This document shows, piece after piece, positions 33,114-41,847 of a DNA stretch of 64,000 bases (the stretch's first letter is position 1; each line of letters starts with the position of its first letter). The position numbers and the translations under genes were made by a program. The stretch is taken from the NCBI GenBank assembly GCA_900617105.1, contig UYFQ01000004.1:310001-374000 (forward strand), written 5' to 3'. This DNA is from Hydrurus foetidus (lineage: Eukaryota). The notes below the pieces were generated by a model that saw only the letters and a program-made list of their open reading frames with translations, ran no database searches and was not told where the DNA came from.

Positions 33114-34325
33114 ATGTCCATATCCCTTCACAAAACCACTCGCCTGGGTGCCCTCGTGGGTGCCAGCAGCTTGGCGCTGGTGCTGGCCGCTTGCGGCGAC
33201 AGCGGCCCGGCCCCGTTGCTCACACTGGACGGCAATGCACCGCTGGTGGTGGGTCACCGAGGTGCGCCCGGTTACTTACCCGAAGAAACCTTAGAGGCCT
33301 ACACGCTGGCGATTGAGCAGGGCGCGGATGTGATCGAACCTGATTTGGTCTCGACCAAAGACGGTGTGCTGATCGCCCGCCATGACCCTAATCTGGACTA
33401 CAGCACCAACGTCGGCACAAAGGCTGAATTTGCCAGCCGTAAGAAAACCATCACGGTGGATGGCGAGACACAAACAGGCTGGTTCGCCAGTGATTTCACG
33501 CTGGCCGAAATCAAAACCCTGGGTGGCATCATGACCACCGACAGCACGCGCCCTCAGCAGTACAACGGGCTGTACAAAGTCGTCACCTTCCAAGAAATCG
33601 TGGACTTGGCCATCGCCAAATCGAAGGAAAAAGGCCGCACGATTGCCGTCTATCCCGAGACCAAAAACCCCACCTACCACCGTGAGTTGGGCCTGCCACT
33701 GGAAGACAAGCTGATCGCCATCGTCACTGCCGCCGGATGGAACAGCAAAACCGCGCCCATCTTCATCCAAAGCTTTGAGCCCAGCAGCCTGAAATACCTG
33801 CGCAGCAAGGGTTTGAACACCCGCTTGATCCAGCTGATTGATGCGGACGACTACGATCTGAAAACCGGCAAACTGACCTACGCTGCGCCGTATGACCGCC
33901 CTTACGACTGGTTCAAATCAGGCGATAAGCGCATGTTCAGCGACATGGTGACGGTGGCTGGTTTGACAGAAATCAAAACCTACGCCGACGGCATTGGCCC
34001 CTGGAAGCCTTACATCGTGCCGGTGAAGTGGGAACTGAACGCCGCTGGTGCTGCCGTTGACAAAAACGGTGACGGTGCCACCAACCTGATGGACGCTGTG
34101 AGCCAAACGCCCACGACCTTGGTCGCTGATGCCCACAAGCTGGGCCTGCTGGTTCACCCCTACACCTTCCGCAGCGAGAAAAAACGTCTGACGTTTGACA
34201 TGGCGGGCGACCCGGTGAACGAGTACCTGCAATTTTTCCGCATTGGTGTGGACGGCTTGTTCTCTGACTTCCCTGATACCGCTGTAGCGGCGAAGGTGAA
34301 GTACCTGAAGGAAACAGGCCGGTAA
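33114..34325 (+). CDS. glpQ: Glycerophosphodiester phosphodiesterase (GlpQ/UgpQ family) lipoprotein
   Basis: Lipobox LAAC, GHRGA...PEET, EPDLVSTKDGVLIARHD, ETK, IQSFE, HPYTFR, DGLFSDFP; AGGAG RBS. Confidence 0.88.
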   Translation: MSISLHKTTRLGALVGASSLALVLAACGDSGPAPLLTLDGNAPLVVGHRGAPGYLPEETLEAYTLAIEQGADVIEPDLVSTKDGVLIARHDPNLDYSTNVGTKAEFASRKKTITVDGETQTGWFASDFTLAEIKTLGGIMTTDSTRPQQYNGLYKVVTFQEIVDLAIAKSKEKGRTIAVYPETKNPTYHRELGLPLEDKLIAIVTAAGWNSKTAPIFIQSFEPSSLKYLRSKGLNTRLIQLIDADDYDLKTGKLTYAAPYDRPYDWFKSGDKRMFSDMVTVAGLTEIKTYADGIGPWKPYIVPVKWELNAAGAAVDKNGDGATNLMDAVSQTPTTLVADAHKLGLLVHPYTFRSEKKRLTFDMAGDPVNEYLQFFRIGVDGLFSDFPDTAVAAKVKYLKETGR

Positions 34326-34362
34326 CTGGCCCTCCCCTTCAATCAACCCCTGCTTTATCCAG

Positions 34363-36897
34363 CTACACCAAGCCCCGCAACGCCCGCCGCATCACCTTGC
34401 CGGTGGGCGTGCGTGGCAAGTGGATCAGCATCTTGAACTGGGTTGGCCGTGAGCCGGGGGATAAGCGCTCGGCACACCACTGGGTCAGGTGGGCCACGTC
34501 GAGTACACCTGCACTGCCAGCACCTCCCGAACTCCCACGCGGCACCACGAACGCCACGATCTGCTGCTGACCTGCGTCATCACGCCACGCCGTCACCGCC
34601 ACTTCGGCAACCTCTTGCAGCTCGTACAGCACCTCTTCAATCTCACGCGGGTAGATGTCTGCCGCGTCCTCAGCAAGCTGCGAGTGAATCACGTCTTCTT
34701 GCCGCTCCAGCAGGTTAAAAAAGCCATCGGCATCGCGTTGGGCTACATCCCCTGTGCGGAACCAGCCGTCTTTGAATGACTTCGCAGTGGCCGCCTCGTC
34801 CGGCCCTGCTGCTGACCAATACCCGCTGCTGACCTGTGGGCCGCGCACCCACAGCTCGCCAGGCTCGCCCATGCCGCAATCGAGACCAGTCGCCGCATTG
34901 ACCAGCCGCACTTCCACATCAGGCAAAGGCACGCCAATCGAGCCGCTGCGTTTGCGAGCGGCCAGCGGGTTGGCGATGCAAATGCCAGACTCCACCGTGT
35001 TGTAGGCGTTCACCACCCGGCCTTTGGTGAGTTTCTCAAAGCTTTCTTGCACTTCTACGGGTAAATTCGCACCGCCCGAAACGCACACCCGTATCGACGC
35101 AATGCCGTACTTGCGCACCTGCGGCACTTCGGCCAAGCGCTGGTAGATGCGAGGCGTGGCGGGCAAAAAGGTGGGGCGGTAGCGTTTGATGGTGTGCAGC
35201 AGCGCCAGTGGCTCAAAGCGTGGCACCAAAATCACCGTGGCCCCCAGCATGGGGGCGAGGTTGAAGGTGGCCGCGAGGCCATTGACCGGTGCGCCCACCG
35301 CCAAAATACGCTCATCGCCCACGCGGGATTCAGGCAACCAGTGGCGCACCTGCAAGGCGTTGGCCGTCAGGTTGCGGTGGCTCAAGCACACGGCTTTGGG
35401 CAGGCTGTCACCGCTGCCCGAGGTGAAGTGGATAAGGGCTAAATCGTCCACAGCGGGCTCGGCTTCGGGTCTGTCGGTTTTCTTGAAACTCAGCAACTCG
35501 TAAAAGCGGAAGACCTGCCGCCCAGTTTTGAGCTTGGGCAGCAGCGGCATCCGGTGGCCTTGGGCGTAATGCTGCGTGGCGGTGAAATGCAGCCAATCCC
35601 ACGGCCCCATGAAATCTCTGAAGCTGGTGAACACCACAATGCGGGCACCGGCTGCGAGCACGCTGGTGTGCAAATCCGCGTACTGGGTTGACAACGCCAC
35701 AACCACCTCAGCCCCCACGTCAACCACGCGCAGGCAAATATGCTCGCTGCTGGCCTGGGGTTCCATGAAAACGACCACACCACGGGCTTTGAGCGTGGCG
35801 AAATACGCGATCACCGCTTGCGGGATGTTGGGCAGCACTATCAGCACCCGCCCCCCTGCCGTCAAGCCCTGTTTGCGCAGGCCTTCGGCAAAGCGGTTGG
35901 CCAGCCGGTCAAGCTGGCGGTAGCTGAACGTGCGGTGCAAAAACTGCAAAGCAGGCTTGTCGGCAAAGCGCTTGGCGGCGATCTCCAAGTGCCGTTGCAG
36001 CGGGCCTTGCGGCGGGCGAATTTGGTAGGGCGTGCGGCCATCGTAAAACTTCACCCAGGGGCGCTCCGACTCCAGCACACGGCTGCGTTCGCGCCGCAAT
36101 TGCTGCTCAAGCGCGATTTGCACCGGGCCTAAAAAGCGATCGAGTGCGCGGTTCACCGCATCGGGGCGTTCCACCATCACTTGGTGGGCCGATTGCGGCA
36201 GCGTGACTTCCTGTGCACCGGGGATGAGCTTGGCAATCGCTTGGTAGGCGCTGCTGTCAAACAACTTGTCGCGATCACCCAAAATCACCAGCGTGGGGCA
36301 GCGGATGGCCTGCAAAAACGGCGTGCCGTCGTAGGTGATAACGGCATTGGTGTACTGCGCATGCACCACATGGCCGGGCGGGTAGCGTTTGCCGATGGGC
36401 AGCACCTTCATCACGAAACTCAAGAGCCAGCGCGGCGCACGCAGCAAAAACCGGCCCGCGTTTTTGAGCTTGTCAAACCGCACCGCAGAACCAATGATGA
36501 CCAGTTTCTGTACGCGCTCAGGGTGTTTGTGCGTGTACAGCGTACCCAGGGCACCACCAAACGAATGCGTGATAAGGATGAAGCTGGCGGGTAAATCTAA
36601 AGCAGCGACGATGGCCTCAATGTCACCCAACAGCTCCTCGCGGGTGTAGCTGCTGGTGGGTGCATCGGTCAGGCCGTGGCCACGCAAATCGGGGGCCACG
36701 ACACGGCTGCCCTCGTAAAAATGGTTCAACTGGTGGTGCCAGTACCCGGCGTAACCACCCATGCCGTGCAGAAAAAGCACGGTGCGCATCGCGTCCCGCG
36801 GCCCGGCATCAATCACGCTGACGGCCAAGTCCCCACCGTCTTGCCCACGACCGGCTAGGCGCAGGGTGCGGCGGTACAGGTCAGGATCGAAGCTCAT
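34363..36897 (-). CDS. Fusion of an N-terminal alpha/beta hydrolase and a C-terminal long-chain acyl-CoA ligase-like AMP-binding domain
   Basis: LHGMGG, PDLRGHG, THSFGG, GDRD, SAHQ; then a FadD-like region with FTSGSGDSLPKAV, RTGD, IYPREIEE, PRTPTGK; a single uninterrupted frame. Confidence 0.88.
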   Translation of the reverse strand: MSFDPDLYRRTLRLAGRGQDGGDLAVSVIDAGPRDAMRTVLFLHGMGGYAGYWHHQLNHFYEGSRVVAPDLRGHGLTDAPTSSYTREELLGDIEAIVAALDLPASFILITHSFGGALGTLYTHKHPERVQKLVIIGSAVRFDKLKNAGRFLLRAPRWLLSFVMKVLPIGKRYPPGHVVHAQYTNAVITYDGTPFLQAIRCPTLVILGDRDKLFDSSAYQAIAKLIPGAQEVTLPQSAHQVMVERPDAVNRALDRFLGPVQIALEQQLRRERSRVLESERPWVKFYDGRTPYQIRPPQGPLQRHLEIAAKRFADKPALQFLHRTFSYRQLDRLANRFAEGLRKQGLTAGGRVLIVLPNIPQAVIAYFATLKARGVVVFMEPQASSEHICLRVVDVGAEVVVALSTQYADLHTSVLAAGARIVVFTSFRDFMGPWDWLHFTATQHYAQGHRMPLLPKLKTGRQVFRFYELLSFKKTDRPEAEPAVDDLALIHFTSGSGDSLPKAVCLSHRNLTANALQVRHWLPESRVGDERILAVGAPVNGLAATFNLAPMLGATVILVPRFEPLALLHTIKRYRPTFLPATPRIYQRLAEVPQVRKYGIASIRVCVSGGANLPVEVQESFEKLTKGRVVNAYNTVESGICIANPLAARKRSGSIGVPLPDVEVRLVNAATGLDCGMGEPGELWVRGPQVSSGYWSAAGPDEAATAKSFKDGWFRTGDVAQRDADGFFNLLERQEDVIHSQLAEDAADIYPREIEEVLYELQEVAEVAVTAWRDDAGQQQIVAFVVPRGSSGGAGSAGVLDVAHLTQWCAERLSPGSRPTQFKMLIHLPRTPTGKVMRRALRGLV

Positions 36898-36904
36898 GAA
36901 ATGC

Positions 36905-37540
36905 TCATGGCGAACCAAACTTTCCGCTTTGTAAAAAGCGCACGATTTGCGCCGTCACGGGGGAAGACATCAGCATCTCTGAATGCGTCACATGCATCAC
37001 CAAATGGTCAGCGGCGAACGGCACATGGGTTTCGCGCAGGCTGACCGTGCCATCGTGCGGTGCATCCAATTTGCCCAACACCTGCCCCATGCCCAGCTGG
37101 CGCGTACCCGCAATGGTGCCCACCTCCAGCCCTGGCGGCATGGCGTGCGCGTCCACCCCCGTCCATTGCACGATAGATTTGCCCAGCAAAAACCGCCCCA
37201 CCCGCGTCGCCTTGAGCCTTTGCGCCGGGGCCGAACCTTGAAACGGCGTACCCACCATCACCACCCGCCCCAACCGGGCAAACTCATGATGCGCAAGACA
37301 CTGCATGATGACGATGCCCCCCATGCTGTGCCCCACCAAATGCACCGGCCCATCCCCCGGCAGCGCCTGCACATGCGCGGCGAGCTGCGCCACGTTATGG
37401 TCAAGGCTGCGGGCGAGTGAGCGGTAGGCAAACGGGGACGGCGCAAAGCCAGCTTGGCGCAAGCGGCGGCACCAAAAACGGGTGGCAAAGCTGGAAAGCC
37501 CCCAGCCGTGGAGAACAACAACGTGTGCGGATGAAGTCAT
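36905..37540 (-). CDS. Small alpha/beta hydrolase (esterase/lipase)
   Basis: VLHG, GHSMGG nucleophile elbow, GTPFQGS, HDGTV, VTHS. Confidence 0.88.
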   Translation of the reverse strand: MTSSAHVVVLHGWGLSSFATRFWCRRLRQAGFAPSPFAYRSLARSLDHNVAQLAAHVQALPGDGPVHLVGHSMGGIVIMQCLAHHEFARLGRVVMVGTPFQGSAPAQRLKATRVGRFLLGKSIVQWTGVDAHAMPPGLEVGTIAGTRQLGMGQVLGKLDAPHDGTVSLRETHVPFAADHLVMHVTHSEMLMSSPVTAQIVRFLQSGKFGSP

Positions 37541-37649
37541 GAGCAGTGCGAAAACAGGTGAAGGTTGATGCTATGCCAGAGCATCCCACGTTCGCAGTCT
37601 TTCGCAGCCAGACGCTTGGCTTTGGGGCTAGGGGTATTCCGCAGGCCCG

Positions 37650-37686
37650 TTGACAAGCCCATTAAATTGACATATCTTATAGATAT
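37650..37686 (+). promoter_or_regulatory. sigma70 promoter and operator palindrome of the TA operon
   Basis: TTGACA (37650-37655), 17 bp, TATCTT (37673-37678); palindrome ATATCT-TAT-AGATAT (37672-37686) covers the -10. Confidence 0.75.
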
Positions 37687-37705
37687 CCAAACTGCAAAGC
37701 ACCCC

Positions 37706-37996
37706 ATGACAACCGCATCCATCGCAGCCGCACAAATCGCCTTCCGCTACCGCCCTATCGACAGCACGGGCGGCATCACCCGCGAGACCGCCAAGCGCAT
37801 GGCTGAGCACTTGGGGGTGGACGAGACGCAGATGATTCACCGGGCTCTGCGTGACTTAGCCGTCAAGGTGCTGCCCCAGTATGAAGCGGACGATGGCCCG
37901 CTGAGTGCTGTGCAGCTGCAACAACTCAAAGCCACCCTGCCGCAAGGTGCTCCTCGCAAAGTGCGATCAAGCTTGTTTGCTGCGGATGCGGGCTGA
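37706..37996 (+). CDS. Putative antitoxin (96 aa, ribbon-helix-helix-like)
   Basis: Strand-helix-helix pattern (IAFRYR...ETAKRMAEHLGVDETQMIHRALRDLA); TGATG coupling to the toxin gene. Confidence 0.7.
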   Translation: MTTASIAAAQIAFRYRPIDSTGGITRETAKRMAEHLGVDETQMIHRALRDLAVKVLPQYEADDGPLSAVQLQQLKATLPQGAPRKVRSSLFAADAG

Positions 37997-38397
37997 TGGC
38001 GTGGCCTGAGCCGACGGCGGGTGACATCGTTTGGTGCCACTTCCCTGACCACATACACCCACGCACCAAACCCAGACCCGCACTGGTATTGACCGTGTTC
38101 GACGACGATGTAGTGGGCTGCGTGGTGCAAGTCGCCTACGGCACCAGCCAGCGCACAACGCAGTTGTACCGAGGTGAATTTGCCATTCTGCAAGCCCGCA
38201 ATCCGGCGGCCTATGAAGCGGCAGGCCTCAGTTACGACACCAAATTCGATCTGAAAAACACGGTGGAATTGGCGTACACCGCCGATTACTTTTCGGTGCC
38301 CCCTGCGGCACCGTTGGGGCAAATACCCAAGTTAGGGCTGCTGCACCCGTCGGTAGTGCGGGCGGTAGAAGCGGCGTTTCGGGGGAGTGGCGGATAG
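37996..38397 (+). CDS. PemK/MazF-like toxin
   Basis: GDIVWCHFP...KPRPALVL...VAYGTS matches the PemK/MazF fold signature; 133 aa. Confidence 0.75.
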   Translation: MAWPEPTAGDIVWCHFPDHIHPRTKPRPALVLTVFDDDVVGCVVQVAYGTSQRTTQLYRGEFAILQARNPAAYEAAGLSYDTKFDLKNTVELAYTADYFSVPPAAPLGQIPKLGLLHPSVVRAVEAAFRGSGG

Positions 38398-38594
38398 TCC
38401 AGTTTTGCGATGTGTCCACATGCGGAGTCGCCGCGTTCCAGCGAATTATTTGCAATTATTTGGTTTTGAATAATTCAGGGTGTACCCCTCATCGCCATGC
38501 AGCGTAAATACCCCCACAGCAGCCCCGGAGCCCTCGACAACCCCGCCTCATCCCGGCAGCAGATCGGAAAGCGCCGCCCTGATGGGCATAATAT

Positions 38595-38652
38595 TTGCTA
38601 CATATTTAATAGCTTACTTTGCATATAAAACATACTTCTAAGGCTATTTTTA
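38595..38652 (+). repeat. Dispersed GCTA-N9-TAGC element, intergenic copy
   Basis: TTGCTA catatttaa TAGCT tacttt GC atataaaacat ACTTCTAAGGCTATTTTT. Confidence 0.7.
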
Positions 38653-38669
38653 ATGAAACGGCCAACGCA

Positions 38670-38939
38670 TTAGTTTGGACAAACCACTTCGCCAGTTGCC
38701 TTGCGCGTAAAACAGAGGTCTTTCTTTTTTGTGTCACCACTTTCTTTGCCCTGCGTCTGACGGTACTCCTTCTCGAAAGCTGAAGCGGTCTCGTTTTCTT
38801 TTTTGATGCATGCTATTCGCTCATCAGAAGGCGGGACTTTCAGGCACGAGCTCTGTGCTCGGAACAAGGCATTTTCTCCAGCGCAGGGGAAGGCCATCGG
38901 TATCAGTAGCACGAAAGGAATAAGGCTTTGTAGTTTCAA
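38670..38939 (-). CDS. Small exported Cys-containing hypothetical protein (89 aa)
   Basis: GAGGA RBS before a TTG start, signal-like N-terminus, four Cys in the mature part, AT-richer than neighbours. Confidence 0.6.
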   Translation of the reverse strand: MKLQSLIPFVLLIPMAFPCAGENALFRAQSSCLKVPPSDERIACIKKENETASAFEKEYRQTQGKESGDTKKKDLCFTRKATGEVVCPN

Positions 38940-39189
38940 GAGTAATCCTCAGTTTGGGATGGTTGTGAAAGCAATCGTATGCCATCGCCGGGCCCGCCAT
39001 GCGGTGTTGGCGAAAAGACGGGGATCGCTTTAGATTGAATCTTGCGTCAGCCCTGCTCACAAGGCCGTAACTTGCAATAAACCTGCACACCTTTCGCGAG
39101 ATGATGGCTGCCTGTTAGCGTATATCGTCAATTTGGCGCACGTTTACACCAAGATCAACACCCAACCACGCCTCAGAAGGAACACCACA

Positions 39190-40266
39190 ATGGCCGATTT
39201 ATTTGACAACCCGATGGGTCTGATGGGCTTTGAATTCGTCGAATTTGCCTCGCCCGAAGCGGGCCTGCTGGAGCCGATTTTCGAGCGTATGGGCTTCACG
39301 CTGGTGGCCAAGCACCGCTCTAAAGACGTGGTGCTGTACCGCCAGGGCGAGATCAATTTCATCGTCAACCGCGAACCCAAAAGCGTGGCGGGCTACTTCG
39401 CGGCTGAGCACGGGCCCAGCGCTTGCGGCATGGCGTTCCGAGTGAAGGATTCGCACCATGCCTACAAGCGGGCGCTGGAACTGGGTGCGCAACCCATCGA
39501 ACTCCACCCCGGCCCGATGGAGCTGAATTTGCCAGCCATCAAAGGCATTGGCGGTGCGCCGCTGTACCTGATTGACCGCTTTGAAGACGGCAAGTCGATT
39601 TACGACATTGACTTTGACTTCATCGAAGGGGTTGACCGCCGACCCGTTGGCCACGGCCTGAAGCTCATCGACCACCTCACGCACAACGTCTACCGGGGGC
39701 GCATGGCGTTTTGGGCTGGGTTTTACGAAAAGCTGTTCAACTTCCGTGAAATTCGCTTCTTTGACATCAAGGGCGAGTACACCGGCCTGACCTCCAAAGC
39801 GCTGACCGCACCGGACGGCAAAATCCGTATCCCGCTGAACGAAGAATCGCGCCAGGGCGGCGGACAGATTGAAGAGTATTTGATGAAGTTCAACGGTGAA
39901 GGCATCCAGCACATCGCGCTGATTTGTGACGATCTGCTGGCCACCGTAGACAGCCTCGCTCTGGCCGGGGTGCCCCTGATGACAGCCCCGAGCGAAAGCT
40001 ACTACGCGATGATCGAAGGCCGCTTGCCAGGGCATGGTCAACCCGTGGCAGAGTTGCAAACGCGCGGCATTTTGATGGACGGCAGCACCGACGGCGGCAC
40101 GCCCCGCCTGCTGCTGCAAATCTTCTCGCAAACCCAGCTGGGGCCCGTGTTCTTCGAGTTCATCCAGCGCAAGGGTGACGAGGGCTTTGGCGAAGGCAAC
40201 TTCAAGGCGTTGTTCGAGTCGATGGAACGGGATCAAATTCAACGCGGTGCATTGGCAACCGCGTGA
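39190..40266 (+). CDS. hppD: 4-hydroxyphenylpyruvate dioxygenase
   Basis: [57 protein letters not shown]. Confidence 0.97.
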   Translation: MADLFDNPMGLMGFEFVEFASPEAGLLEPIFERMGFTLVAKHRSKDVVLYRQGEINFIVNREPKSVAGYFAAEHGPSACGMAFRVKDSHHAYKRALELGAQPIELHPGPMELNLPAIKGIGGAPLYLIDRFEDGKSIYDIDFDFIEGVDRRPVGHGLKLIDHLTHNVYRGRMAFWAGFYEKLFNFREIRFFDIKGEYTGLTSKALTAPDGKIRIPLNEESRQGGGQIEEYLMKFNGEGIQHIALICDDLLATVDSLALAGVPLMTAPSESYYAMIEGRLPGHGQPVAELQTRGILMDGSTDGGTPRLLLQIFSQTQLGPVFFEFIQRKGDEGFGEGNFKALFESMERDQIQRGALATA

Positions 40267-40352
40267 GTTAGTCCGCAGGGCACAGGCGCAGGGAGAACCA
40301 CCGAGCCACTGAATCACCGAGAATTCATGCAGATGACCTCTGCAAGGAACCC

Positions 40353-41717
40353 ATGATTTCAAGCTTAATTTCCCGTCCACCCCTGCACCACTCTCTGCGC
40401 CTGATTGCGGCAACGGTCAGCCTGCTGGGCGCAGGCATGGGCCTCGGCCCCGCACAAGCCGCTGAGCCACCGCCTCAAACCGTGGCCTGTCCCGCCGTCC
40501 TGCCCGCCGACACACGCTGTTACAGCCACCCTGACAGCACCGGCGCATTCATCCTGATGGCCATCCCGGCGCAGTGGAACCAGGTGCTGGTCGTCCACGC
40601 CCACGGTGGTCCGGAGCTGGGTGCGCCCCGACTGAGCCGAACCGAAGAAGACCTGAGCCGCTGGGCCATCACCGTCAAGGCGGGTTACGCTTGGGTGGGC
40701 TCGACCTACCGGCGTGGTGGCTATGGCGTGACTATGGCCGCGCAAGACACCGAACGCGCCCGCCAGCGCTTCGTCCAGCATTTTGGTGAGCCTCGCCGCA
40801 CGCTGCTGCACGGGCAAAGCTACGGCGGCGGCGTGGCCTCGAAAACGGTGGAACTGTTCGCTATGTCGAAGAATGGGCGCTCGCCCTATGACGCGGTGCT
40901 GCTGACCAATGCCGTGCTGGGTGGCGGCACTACGGCCTACACCTTTCGGCTGGATTTGCGGGTCGTCTACCAGCATGTCTGCCACAACCATCCACGCCCT
41001 GATGAGCCGCAGTACCCGCTTTGGATGGGCCTGCCCGCAGGGGCCAAACTGACCCGTACCGATCTCGCTCAGCGGGTAGACGAATGCACCGGTTTACGCT
41101 TGCCCGCCGCCCAACGCAGCCCACAGCAACAGCAGCACCTTTCAGACATTCTGAACGTGCTGAAAATCCCCGAGCGCTCGCTGCAAGGCCACCTCAACTG
41201 GGCGACTTGGCTGTTTGAAGACGTGGTAGCCCACCGCCTGGAAGGCCGCAACCCGTGGCGCAACGATGGCGTGCGCTACCAGGGTTCCAGCGACGATGCT
41301 GCGCTCAATGCCGGGGTATTGCGCTACCCAGCCGACCCCACCGCTGTCGCCGCCCTGGCCGCAGACAGCCGGCCCACGGGCAACATCCCCGTACCCGTAT
41401 TGACCCTGCACGCCATCCATGACCCGGTGGCCTTTGTAGAACTGGAATCAAATTACCGCGAGATCGTGGCCAAAGCGGGACGCGCAGACAGCTTGGTACA
41501 GGTCTTCAGCGACGAATCAGAACACAGCTACCTCAGCGATCCCGAGTACACCGCTGCGTTCACATCGCTGATGGAGTGGGTAGAGCGAGGCACCAAGCCT
41601 ACGCCGCAAAGCTTTGCAGACTTGTGTGAAACGATGAAAGACATCTACGGGCGCACCTGTCACCTGCGTCCTGCGTTCCAACCAGCACCGCTGGCGAGCC
41701 GGGTGGCACCCAGGTAG
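40353..41717 (+). CDS. Secreted alpha/beta hydrolase of unknown substrate
   Basis: Signal peptide AQA-A, HAHGG, GQSYGG, HDP (Asp), EHS (His), several paired Cys. Confidence 0.75.
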   Translation: MISSLISRPPLHHSLRLIAATVSLLGAGMGLGPAQAAEPPPQTVACPAVLPADTRCYSHPDSTGAFILMAIPAQWNQVLVVHAHGGPELGAPRLSRTEEDLSRWAITVKAGYAWVGSTYRRGGYGVTMAAQDTERARQRFVQHFGEPRRTLLHGQSYGGGVASKTVELFAMSKNGRSPYDAVLLTNAVLGGGTTAYTFRLDLRVVYQHVCHNHPRPDEPQYPLWMGLPAGAKLTRTDLAQRVDECTGLRLPAAQRSPQQQQHLSDILNVLKIPERSLQGHLNWATWLFEDVVAHRLEGRNPWRNDGVRYQGSSDDAALNAGVLRYPADPTAVAALAADSRPTGNIPVPVLTLHAIHDPVAFVELESNYREIVAKAGRADSLVQVFSDESEHSYLSDPEYTAAFTSLMEWVERGTKPTPQSFADLCETMKDIYGRTCHLRPAFQPAPLASRVAPR

Positions 41718-41847
41718 GGACAGGGAAAAGCTGAGCGTGTTAAGTCTGAAGCGCTTGCTTAAGGACTTGCACCTCGGGTTTTCACACCCCATCCTTATCC
41801 GTGGCACCGATAAACTCAGCTGGATACAGCTCCCCAGGATTTCATTC

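Noticed and set aside
34363..36897. OleBC (olefin/beta-lactone biosynthesis) assignment for the fusion
   Set aside because: The nucleophile is Ser (THSFG), not the Asp of OleB, and there is no oleA or oleD in the window.
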